DNA from: Haliotis rubra
Taxonomy: Eukaryota
Direction: 5' to 3'
Assembly (NCBI RefSeq): GCF_003918875.1
Contig: NW_025766781.1
Location: forward strand, 1,116,001-1,180,000
DNA length: 64,000 nt
The first letter of the stretch is position 1. Every line of letters starts with the position of its first letter. Both the position numbers and the translations under genes were made by a program. Under the pieces are notes generated by a model, which searched no databases, had not been told where the DNA came from, and saw nothing but the letters and a program-made list of their open reading frames with translations. Of this stretch, positions 42,343-53,541 are shown piece by piece.

Positions 42343-42504
42343 ACGGAGGAGTGAGCTACTATTGAAAGCATTCGTACGTAACGTTGAAGACCCGGGTTCA
42401 GTTCCCCACATGGGTACAATGTGTGAAGCAATATCTGGTGTCCATTGCCTTGATATAGATTCAATATCGCCAAAAGCGGCATACAACTAAACACACTCAC
42501 TCAC
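42343..42504 (+). mobile_element. tRNA-derived SINE family B, older
   Basis: Shares diagnostic changes with 34171-34337 (cgtaacgt, ccttgatat), so it inserted before that duplication. Confidence 0.85.
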
Positions 42505-43594
42505 AAACGTTCAATGCCGTTTAGGAGGAACGCCACATCAGAACAGGGGAAAGGGAAATTGGATCGTTTTGTGATAGCTACAGCACAGGTGAGACAAGCA
42601 AACATCCTCTAAAATGTTCTACACCTCATATCGACATTGCCCCCGCACCATATCCTCATTCGATTTTCGACTGTTAAAGGGTGACACGATAAGATGACAT
42701 TGTTCTTATTTTTCAGTGACTCTGTTGACGTAAAATATTTACCTAAGGAGCGCAAGGAAAAGTATTTATATGAATAATATCATCTGGTGACGCGTTACGC
42801 ACTTCAGTAATTCCCTCGACGGACAATCTGCTAAAGCACGAAAAAGCGCCATGGAAAAGTTTGTCGTGCAGTGCAACACTTGACTTAGAAAATGACCCTT
42901 ACTAGAAATTGATTATTCCGTTCCAGAGCGTAGTAATAGCATTTTGATTGCAAGTTTATTTGAGAGTTTTATACACAATGTAAAATGAGGTTTTTAACAT
43001 GTTTTTTAAAATTTTAACAGCCTTTAAAAAGATATTTCTGGAGCAAACGAGCTTCATCGTCTCTGCAATCACCTTAATGCTCCTGCCGCTCAAATGAAGC
43101 GGAAAGTCAAAGGGACAATTGCCTCCATTATTGGTTTAACGTTACATTCATCGGAACTTAACTTTAACAAACACCAATCCAATTGCTGCCTTGAGTAAAG
43201 AACGATAAGGCAAAAGTAATACTATCACAAAATCATTAAAAAAACCTCTAGAGTTCACAAAGTTATTTTCAGTCAGAAAAGTACACAAAAGTATCAATAT
43301 TCCGGCATGTTCTGAAAAATACAACCCGTCAATGTATCCAGCATAACTAAATTCATTTATATTGCTTGGAAATCCCTTTACTTGTCAAATATCAGTGCCA
43401 TCACCACGGTCATAACCTGATACTTGCGGCTTACTGAATGACTCTGGAAGCTCATGATGAAAGTCACGGAAACCTGGTAATGCCATTCTTTTTGGTGAGG
43501 CCTTGAACTGAAACGGTCATATCGAATCGTTATATCAGACATCACAATGTAATGACTCTAATTGACCGAATGAACAAGTGTGAAAACCTGATGG

Positions 43595-43780
43595 TAATTT
43601 TAATAAAACTCCTTTATTCTGTGAAAGGCGATGTTTTGACATCAAGCAACGTCAGTGTCAAGCAACAACGACATTAGAATCTATGTCGCAACGTCGTCTT
43701 TCACAGAGTAAAGAAGTTGTATATCTATAAACTTATCATCATTCTTCATCACCTCAACTTCTAAAATACCAATCAAAGGA
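43595..43780. mobile_element. Penelope-like pLTR remnant with inverted repeat
   Basis: ~36-bp arms (aactcctttattctgtgaaaggcgatgttttgacat / atgtcgcaacgtcgtctttcacagagtaaagaagtt), then 'aagaagttgtatatc...caacttctaaa', also seen at 58195-58250; duplicated at 52835-53020. Confidence 0.6.
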
Positions 43781-44299
43781 GACACAACTACGCACAATAA
43801 AGAGTAACGTTTACGAGAAGATCTTTCTCAGTTGTGGCTTTCATGTACGTAGCTTCTATAATCATTTAAATATCGAATCGTGACTGTCGTTATAATCAGA
43901 TGACCCTACTATTGCGGAAACTAACTAACAGAATGAATCAGTGAGTGAGAACCGATGGTGTGACCGACTCGTGTGTACCGATGGTGAAACGATGTGCCAG
44001 TCATTGATTTGCCTCCCAAGCCCTGGGTTCATGCCAGGCGGGTTTCTGGTCACATCTGACAGATTGCTGGGCAGGGCGTAATGGCGCTATAAGTCATACT
44101 GTCTCCTTACCGTACAGAGGGTCTCCTGGGGGTCCTTGGCCGTTGACAACTCCAACTATATGCTCTGATGCTTGAAACAACTGACGCCACGTTTCATGTT
44201 TACATTTCAGTATGATTTATTAGAATAAGATGATCATGAAATATTTAATATTGTAACTGAAGAAAAACAATAGTGTATTCAAGCCAATGTATCATTTGT

Positions 44300-47200
44300 C
44301 GAGGTTCTACGTCAGATGAAAGTTTTCTGGCAATGTCAAGAAATCCCGTTCAGCTTATCTGACGAGAGACGGGACACTGCTTCATCGTCTTGTTACAATT
44401 TTATTTCAATGGAATTAATCCTTTTTCGAAGATAAATAGACATGTCAGTTTTGCCATTTGTGCAATCTTTTATGTCAAAGAACTCTGTCTCACATCAAAG
44501 AATAAGACATGCCTCCTTTTCCATTTTGAAGTGAGCTAGTATGCTATTTAAATAAGAAATTGTTTTGTTGTCTGAGATGCAAGATGCCACTTCAATTTCT
44601 GTGACGTTCGCGGTGATACAAAAGTAAATGTATGGGGCTATCTGAGAGTTCATGATGTTATTGCAGCGACGTGAAAGAGAAGTTATAAATGCTTTTCAAT
44701 CCACAAATATCCAAGACGTTTTGGAACAAAGCTCTTTTGTATCGCTATTCGGACACTCGATCTTTATGGCCTCTTTACTTGTGAGTGCAATCAACTCTCG
44801 AGGCCATTGATATGTGTGTACACCAGGAACGTGGATACTAAGTTTTATTTTAAGGGCCAGTTGATTATCATGAGTGTATATTCCCTGTTACAAACTCAAC
44901 TCACTTGAACCTCGTAAATCCGGAAGATGATGTGATGATGTGAATCGTTACTCCCAACCTCTTAATATCAACCCGAGTGAAGATCCAGGTTTCAAATGTT
45001 CTTCAGCGACCCTTCTTTATATTCTTGGTAATCAATAGGAAATCTCTGCTAAATGCAGAGTCGATAATAGCATGGTGGCACTCGCTGATTTCTTTGAGGC
45101 GTGTTATTGAATCCCTGTTGTGTAAGTCCATGCTCATAATATCAATCACTGGATATTCTGGTCCAGATTATCATATATTTACGTTGTTTAGAGGAAATAT
45201 TGCCGAGAGGGACGTTAAATAACAAACCCCAAAACATGCTATCGATCCCTGGATTCTCTCATCAAGAGTTAATTATTTACAGTTTGGTATTATGTACAAT
45301 AGAGCTGGAATAATGTTGAGTGGGGTTTTGGAAAATAAACAAACAATTCTTACCAGGCAACAGATCCGTGTGTCATGGCGCTCAATGACCGCCAACCTTC
45401 TCTAAAGTTCTGGCAACTGGTCTCCATTGTAAACAGCTACTTACGTCAGACATGATATATTTGGAAACCACGGAAGCCTAAACCGAGCATTATCGCCATT
45501 AATGCCACAGAATTATTCACCATGTAACAAGCATAAGCTGTATCTTTCACAAGCAAGTGTCGCGTCGGAGGAAAAACAGGTTGATCATATAATTATCTGT
45601 TATTCTGTGGGTAGTGTTTGTTCCAAATTACCCCGTTTCATTCGTAAATAATTCATGGACGAATGCATTAAACTCCTAGAATGTAAATACTCAGTGTCTT
45701 CATCATATGACATCAATGATAAAATGAGTGTGTGTGTGTGGGGGGGTTAGGTTAGTGTTCAACCCACTCTACATTACGTATTTATGTAAGCACTGTAAAC
45801 TATTGAGGTCAGATGATGAGAAAGGTTACTATCAAAAGAGGATCTCTTCACATAAATTTACAAGGGTCTATTTATGAAAACATTACGAATCAATCTTTTC
45901 TATGACATTCAAAATTTGTTTGTATCGAATTTAACACCTCGAGGTTTGTGACGGTAGTCTGTTGTTTGTTTTGTCTAACCCGGACTCGATATTCTAGCTC
46001 TTGGAAAATCAATTCTTATGTGGAATTTTAAGGGGCACGGTGGTTTGAGGTATATAATTACTGGTGATGTGTCCTGAGAGGGTACGTAAGTCCCAAAACT
46101 TTCAAAGTAAAATATAATTTTACCACATTTTAAACGTAGTATTTTTGTCATATTAACTGTTGGCTAAATTTTCAAACAATCGCCAGCGTCAGGCTGAAGG
46201 GATGGTGCAAATCCAGCTAGTGTCCATGCAGGTAGCAAAAGTACTATAAGTCCCTACGGTTCCTAGTATGGTGATCTACCTTCAGTTGTTGGCGATCTAT
46301 AGCCTGTGTTTTATACTGTATTGTCTTCTTTAATTGGAATGTTTTAGCTTTGCTCGCTAGTTTTATATTCATATCTGTGATTCTCTAGTACTTTTACTGT
46401 CTATCGTCGACAGGTTTTAATCTTCCAAATGTTTTCACCTTTTATTGTTTAAATTGTTTTCGTCACGATATGGCTGAGATATTGCCGATGTGACGTTAAA
46501 TATTAACTCACAACTGGTGATGTTTTGGGTTGGTTTAATGTAATACGCATTGCATTCAGGTCAGTGACCTGTATTCAAAAGCGTTGTACTTTGTGATTAT
46601 CTTCTCAGGGATGAAGTTAAACAAAGGATCATTTAACATTATATATTTCCCGATGGAAGGAATATCGTGACAGTCAGTTTACAACCACATTTCCATGTTA
46701 AAGCAGATAGGTCAACTGGAGCAGGTCCATAATCTTTTTTTCAGATCGAGGAAACGTTTATAGAAAACATCTGGTGTAAAACATCCTCGCTTGCGATTGG
46801 TGTAATATTGCGTGGACAACTATAATACTGACTTTGAACTGTTCAAAGGCACTCCAGAATCAAAACATCGCATTCATGAATCATTTCTCGCTCAGTTTGA
46901 AGTAAAAACAGATCATAAAAATCAATCGGTATTACCAAAATATCACAGTATTCGATACGGATAATTCGTTATGCAGACTTGCGTATCTTGGGTGCGCCAG
47001 ATTCCAATGATCATGTGTTGGAATCCCGATTCGTGTCTTAAGTATTTTTCGGCGCAATAGCCGTGCCCGTGCTCGACCTCCTACTGTTCTAATTTCAATC
47101 ATCGACGGACAGTATGGCGCTACTATTTTAGATAACGAGATACAACCCAGACTTGTGTCATCCTGCTTGACCCAAATCCACCCTCATCCCCACCCTCCTT

Positions 47201-47830
47201 CCCCCGCACCACAACCTCCAACCACAACACATACTCATGTGGAAGCATCATAAATATTTTGTAATATTTTCTAGCATTCCTGGTCGTCTTAAACCAACAA
47301 CAGAAAACACATACCCTGTTTAAGTGATGTCAAAACATTCCGCCGTAACAACAGAGAGCCTCATTTGCCTTCAAAAGTAGTTGTCAAGATAACACATTCA
47401 CTGCAACAGAAAGAAGCGACATTTCACCCAACTGCGGAAACATTCAGGTGTCCCATGGCGGTAGCAATCTCTATCATTTGTAATGATACATTAGCCTTCC
47501 ATTTTAATTCAGTAGAAAGGTGTGACACAACTGCCCCTAAACTGTTAATATTGTTGACTGGATAATTTATTCTGCATCCCAGATGTTCTTCAAGTACATG
47601 TGAAACTCAGCGTCTAATCTCCACGGCAACAGGCAAGGCTTTCTCTAAATGAGGTCCACCCTCAGACGGTAAGTACGGCAACACGACGTTTGAAATATTA
47701 GCTTGCCAGTTAAACCGTCACCTGTAACATATTAGCCGGACTTGTTATCTGTCAAATCTGCTATCCTGAATGTCAAGCACTATAGTGATTACATGGCGAG
47801 GAATCATAAGGCTGATTTAGGAACGTGCAT
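44300..47830. repeat. Array copy 6 (D partial, E, F mostly deleted, G partial, I)
   Basis: Block matches as listed; boundaries approximate. Confidence 0.75.
46071..46512 (+). mobile_element. Retroposon family C
   Basis: Homologous to 15643-16118; 11-bp TSD ACTGGTGATGT (46060-46070 / 46513-46523). Confidence 0.85.
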
Positions 47831-48140
47831 GAGAATATTGACAGTTCAGTAATTCATTTGCTTATATTTTATATGTAATGACAATGATAAAAAGAGCTGT
47901 AGTCATATGCAACCTTCATGATGGGGAGATATCATTAAAGAACAATGAATTCAATCTGGAATATCTATACATAGCTCTCCGTTCAACCTATGACAACTTT
48001 ATGCTAACATTTATATTAACCAGTAATGACATTTTAAACGTCACAGTTTAAGTATCATTCAACACCCTGCTACGTATAATACATTTATGAGAAAGACTTA
48101 CTCACAAATGTATTTTATTACGATACTTATATTATGTTTA

Positions 48141-48304
48141 AGGGGCAGTGGGTGAGGGAAGTGGTTAAAACGTTCGCTCGTCACGCGGAAGACCCGGGAT
48201 CGATTCCCCACATGGGTACAATGTGTGAAGACCATTTGTGGTGTCCCCCGCCCTGATATTGTTGGAATATTGCCAAGGGTGGCGTAACACTAAACTCACT
48301 CACT
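48141..48304 (+). mobile_element. tRNA-derived SINE family B
   Basis: 'gtggttaaaacgttcgctcgtcacgcggaagacccgggatcgattccccacatgggtacaatgtgtgaag...ctaaactcactcac'. Confidence 0.85.
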
Positions 48305-50556
48305 ACGTATGGGGTCTGTTGTTAATAACATAACAATTTAATACTGTTCATGGCATTCATAATTTGTTTGTATCTAGAGTCAGCAAGCCTGATCCCGTTA
48401 GTCGCCACCAAGCGTTGGCTGCTGAAGTCAAATTGTAACCCGGATCTTTACGGGTAATTGTACAGGTAGTCATGGAAATATTAAGGTGTCCTTAGTGATC
48501 TCAAACTTTGAATGAATAATTGAATTGTACATTAAAAACAAAATACCATGTCTGCACGTGATTTGAATGCCAAATAATGCTAAATGGTGAATGTTAAAAA
48601 AATAGTCAGTTCAAAACAGTCCCAATCCTCCAACCAGGCTCTCTTTGGGGATCCCGGGATATCTATTTATCGTTAATGGTTTCTGATTGAAACAGATACT
48701 CTTGGCACATAGCGATACTTAAAACATTCATGAAAGTCAAACAGAATCGATTTGGACATCAAAGACAAATAATACTTGGTTATAGAGATAAATGATACGG
48801 CAGTTGTTTCCTTTGATTATAGTATAGGCTTTGTTCTCGTATTGTAAAGACGATAATACATGCATAAAATATATAACCACACAATGTGTTTTGGTCTAAC
48901 CCGCAGTCAGCAATATTCCAGCTCTTGGAAACCCAAGTCGTAGCAGCAGCATGAAGACGTTATGTAATTACTGGGGATGTTTTGAGTTGGCTGAATTGGA
49001 ATTAACCGGACTGAATAAAGCCTTCCCCCACAATTCTCCGTATGGCATTCAGGTCAGTGACCTGCATTTAAAATCAGTGTGATTAAACAAAGTTAAGCAA
49101 AGGATAATTTAACACATATACTTCCTGATGGAAGGAATATTGTGACAGTCCATTGTATTTTACAACCACATTTTCACGTTAAAGCAGATGCTAGCTCAAT
49201 TGGATCTGATTTATAAACCTTCTAATCAGATCGATACAACGTTTATAGGATAACTATTAAAACATTCACGCGGGTGATTTGTGTTACATCGCATGTGCAA
49301 CTAAAATAGTGACTTTGAACTATTTAAATGTCCCCAAGAATCAAAACTTTCAAAAACAGCTCTTTCATAATTCATTTCTCGATGTGTTTGAAGTAAAAGC
49401 AGATCATAAAGTTCAATCGGTATTACCAAAATATCCTTCGAGGTATGTATCTGTGTTATTTTAATGTGAATATACAATGGAGTATTAGAGTATTAGTATT
49501 ATACCACTTTATTTTGTTTTTTCGGTTTTTGGTTTGTTTGTTTTTGATTTTATTGTGAATGTCCGCCCTCAGAGGTCATGAACGGCAACACAACGTTTGA
49601 AATAGTACTTGGCAGTTAAACCGTCACCTGTAATATTTTAGCCGGACTTGTTATCTGCCAAAATGTGCTGTCCTGTGAAGCACTATGATGATTACATGGT
49701 GGGGAATCATAAGGCGTCATTCAACAACGAGAGAATATTGCAAACATTCCAACAAATATCGCGTCCTGATTTGTGTTCAGGTTTGTTGCATGTTAACAGT
49801 AAATCTTTATTCTGTCAAATCTGCAGTGCAGTATGTCAAGGACTACGATGAATGTATGTGGTTGAATCATTGGGTTTTATTGTTATTCCACGATTTACTT
49901 CAGCTAAAGAGGTACTGGAACATAGGATAGATCTGGGCTGTGGAACCCCTGAAATGCAGATATGTACTCGGATTTGTTTCCGGGTACGTTTCTGTCCGAA
50001 TGAAAATAATATATAAGGCGGAAATTCCAGGATCCTTGCTCACCTCAGTGACCTATCTTTGCACATCAAAAGTAACACCCAGGGCACTAAATGTAGCTAC
50101 ACGATACAAGTATTCGTTTAAGGTTGAGATAATTACGTGTATTGGATGTTCTAATGGCATTCTCGCGACTGCAACCTATTGAAACGAGTTAAACCTATCA
50201 AAGGGTAAGAAGGCGAGATTTTGACAAAATATCGTTTATCGTGATCTCGCAATTTCATGTTTTCGGTACAAAACCTTATTGTTCTAAGGGGAGAATATCG
50301 AAAATTTCAAATACATACCGCGTCCTGCCATTTGTTGCCTGCATGTATTAAAACAGTAAAACAGTAGGAAGCCGTTATATGCAAGATATATTCACCTCTT
50401 TGTTTTAACAAGTAGCAACAAACTGCTCACGGAATGGAATATTCGGAGAAGGGTTTCATATTCTTACAACGTGACTATCTATAACTGATCATTTTTATAT
50501 CAGAAAAATATAAGTCTAATTAACCGATGTCAACAACCTTCAGAATATTTTTGGAA

Positions 50557-51379
50557 GTTAACCTTGGCATGTATCTAGTGTAACCCACACCCACAGGTTA
50601 ACCTCAGCATGTGTCTAGTGTAACCCACACCCACAGGTTAACTTTGGCATGTATCTAGTGTAACCCACAGCCACAGGTTAACCTTGGCATGTATCTAGTG
50701 TAACCCACAGATACAGGTTAACCTAGGCATGTATCTAGTGTAACCCACAGCCACAGGTTAACCTCAGCATGTGTCTAGTGTAACCCACACCCACAGGTTA
50801 ACTTTGGCATGTATCTAGTGTAACCCACAGCTACAGGTTAACCTTGGCATGTATCTAGTGTAACCCACAGCCACAGGTTAACCTTGGCATGTATCTAGTG
50901 TAACCCACAGCCACAGGTTAACCTTGGCATGTATCTAGTGTAACCCACAGCCACAGGTTAACCTTGGCATGTATGTAGTGTAACTTGGCATGTATCTAGT
51001 TTAACCCTCAGCCACAGGTTAACCTTGGCATGTATCTAGTGTAACCCATAACTACAGGTTAACCTCAGCATGTATCTAGTGTAACCCACAGCCACAGGTG
51101 AACCTTGGCATGTATGTAGTGTAACCCACAGCTACAGGTTAACCTTGGCATGTTTCTAGTGTAACCCACAGCTACAGGTTAACCTAGGCATGTATCTAGT
51201 GTAACCCGCAGCCACAGTTTAACCTTGGCATGTATCTAGTGTAACCCGCAGCCACAGGTTAACCTTGGCATGTATCTAGTGTAACCCTCAGCCACAGGTT
51301 AACCTTGGCATGTATCTAGTGTAACCTACAGCTACAGGTTAACCTTGGCATGTATGTAGTGTAACCCTCAGCCACAGGT
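50557..51379. repeat. 40-bp minisatellite MS2, ~20 copies, unit ACCTTGGCATGTATCTAGTGTAACCCACAGCCACAGGTTA
   Basis: Directly visible tandem repeat. Confidence 0.98.
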
Positions 51380-52834
51380 CTACCTTTATCCTCTTAACGG
51401 TCTATAGAGTTGGATACCAACGTTGAAAACCATAACAGCAACATCAGAGCAGTGGGTGGAAAGGGAAAATGGACTTCATCGTTTTGTGATAACCACACAA
51501 CTGGTGAGACAAGCGAACCTCCACTAAAATGTTTCACATCTCTTATATCGACATTGCCTGCGCACCATAACCTCTTTCGATTTTCGACTGTATAAAGGTG
51601 ACCTCGTTCGTATTTTAAATGACTGTGTTGACGTAAAGTATTTTCTCAAGAAACGTAAGGAAAAGGTATTTGTATCAAATAATGTCATTTGGTGACACGT
51701 TACGCACTTCAGTAATTCCCTCGACGGACAATCACATCCTCTAATGCACGGAGACAAGCGAACATCCTCTAAAATAGTCTACACCTCATATCGACTTGCC
51801 CCCGCACCATAGTCTCTTTCGATTTTCGACTGTTAAAGGGTGACACGATAAGATGACATTGTTCTTGTTTTTCAGTGGCTGTGTTGACGTAAAGAATTTT
51901 GTCAAAGAGCACAAGGAAACGTATTTATTTCATTAATGTCATCTGGTGACGCGTTACGCACTTCAGCAATTCCCTCGACGGACAATCTTCTAAAGCACGA
52001 AAAAACGTCATTTGAAAAGTTTGACATGCAGTGCAACACTTGACTTAGAAAATGACCCTAAATGAGCGAAATTGATTATTACGTTCCAGAACGTAGTAAC
52101 AGCGTGTGGATTGCAAGACTACTTGCAAGTTTTATACACATTGTGACAATGTAAAATGGGCTTTGTAACATGTTATTTAGATTTGTAACAGCCTTTCAAA
52201 AAGGATTTTTGGAGCAAACGAGCTTCATCGTCTCTGCATTCACCTTAATGCCCCTGCCGATGAAATGAAGCTGAAATTCGAGGGGGCAATTGCCTTGATT
52301 ATTGGTTAAACATTACATTCATCGGAACTTTGTGTTAATTTCAACAAATACCCAACCAGTTACAGTCAAGAGGAGAAAATAATATTGGAACATTATTACA
52401 AAAACTGGATCTGGATTTCACGAAGTTATTTTCAGTCGGAAAGTATACAAAAAAGTCACATATTCTGGCAGGTATATAGAAACACCCCGTTAATGTATCC
52501 AGCATAACCGATTTATATTGCTTGAAAATCCCATTTCTCATGCTTGTCAAATGTCATCATCAAGGTCATAAAGTGATAAATATGTTTTACCGAATGCCTC
52601 GGAAACCTGGTAATGCAATCCTTTTGGTGAGGCCTTGAAGTGAAATGGTCGCATTTCCATCGTATGAGACAAAAAGGTCACTGAAAAGGAAGTTTTATTG
52701 ACCTATACGACAAATTCTGAGAATCACAGCTGAGTTCAGCCCATGGCAATTTTATGCAAACCTTTACTTCTATATAGTAAGAACATTTGAAAGGCCAAGG
52801 ACCAAGTATCATTACACAACTACGCAGAATGATG

Positions 52835-53020
52835 ATAATTTTAATAAAACTCCTTTATTCTGTGAAAGGCGATGTTTCGACATCAAGCAACGTCAGTGTC
52901 AAGCAACAACGACATTAGAATCTATGTCGAAACGATGTCTTTCACAGAGTAAAGAAGTTGTATATCTATAAACTTATCATCATTCTTCATCACCTCAACT
53001 TTTAAAGTACCAATCAAAGG
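52835..53020. mobile_element. Penelope-like pLTR remnant with inverted repeat (duplicate of 43595-43780)
   Basis: Same arms and tail; right arm keeps 'cgacat-tagaatct-atgtcGAAAcg', resembling hammerhead stem II plus core. Confidence 0.6.
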
Positions 53021-53541
53021 AGACACAACTACGCACAATAAAGAGTAACGTTTACGAGAAGTTCTTTCTCAGTCGTGTCTTTCATGTACGTAGCTTTTAT
53101 TATCATTTAATTATCGAATCGTGACTGTCGTTATAATCAGATGACCATGTTATTGCGGAAACTAACTAACCGAATGAATCAGTGAGTGAGAACCGATGGT
53201 GTGACCGACTCGTGTGTACCGATGGTGAAACGATGTGCCAGTCATCGATTTGCCTCCCAAGCCCTGGGTTCATGCCAGGCGGGTTTCTGGTCACATCTGA
53301 CAGGTTGCTGGGCAGGGCGTAATGGCGCTATAAGTCATACTGTCTCCTTACCCTACAGAGGGTCTCCTGGGGGTCCTTGGCCGTTGACAACTCCAACTAT
53401 ATGCTCTGCTGCTTGAAAGAAATGGCGCCACGTTTCATGTTTACAATTCAATAAGATTTATCGGAATAAGATTATGATGAAAAAGTTCCTGCCTTTAATA
53501 TTGCAACTGAAGAAAAATAAGTTTGTATATAGAGATAAATA

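Larger units (their letters stand above)
36290..44290. repeat. Array copy 5 (D partial, E, F, G, I, J, K)
   Basis: Blocks in order; 36300-36780 is highly similar to 29090-29550; carries the Tc1 insertion. Boundaries approximate. Confidence 0.8.
1..53520. repeat. Large degenerate direct tandem array (segmental duplication) of a ~8-13 kb unit with relic coding character; extends beyond the left window edge
   Basis: Diagnostic strings recur in conserved order. Block A 'atggttcttgaagctgag' ~341, 4470, 13856. Block B 'gattcagacg(c/t)tcatc' ~4991, 14709, 26469. Block D 'ttctacgtcagatgaaagt' ~2455, 6958, 16798, 28712, 44305. Block E 'gtcagacatga..tattaggaaacc' ~8041, 19861, 29883, 37126, 45446. Block F 'aatcgatttgga' ~9301, 21407, 31059, 31809, 39959, 48745. 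Block G 'gatggaaggaatatcgtgaca' ~3635, 9672, 21826, 32207, 40381, 46652, 49127. Block I 'aagtagttgtcaagataacacattc' ~11987, 24092, 33021, 41336, 47375. Block J 'aatcaccttaatgc' ~12820, 25730, 34906, 43067, 52238. Block K 'cagagggtctcctgg' ~36153, 44115, 53355. Confidence 0.95.
48320..53520. repeat. Array copy 7 (F, G partial, I partial, J with internal duplication, K)
   Basis: 52835-53520 is highly similar to 43595-44275; 51755-52330 is highly similar to 34430-35000; tandem duplication ~51500-51755 / 51755-52000. Confidence 0.8.

Noticed and set aside
50557-51379. CRISPR-like array
   Set aside because: Pure tandem repeat without spacers, derived in situ from block J.
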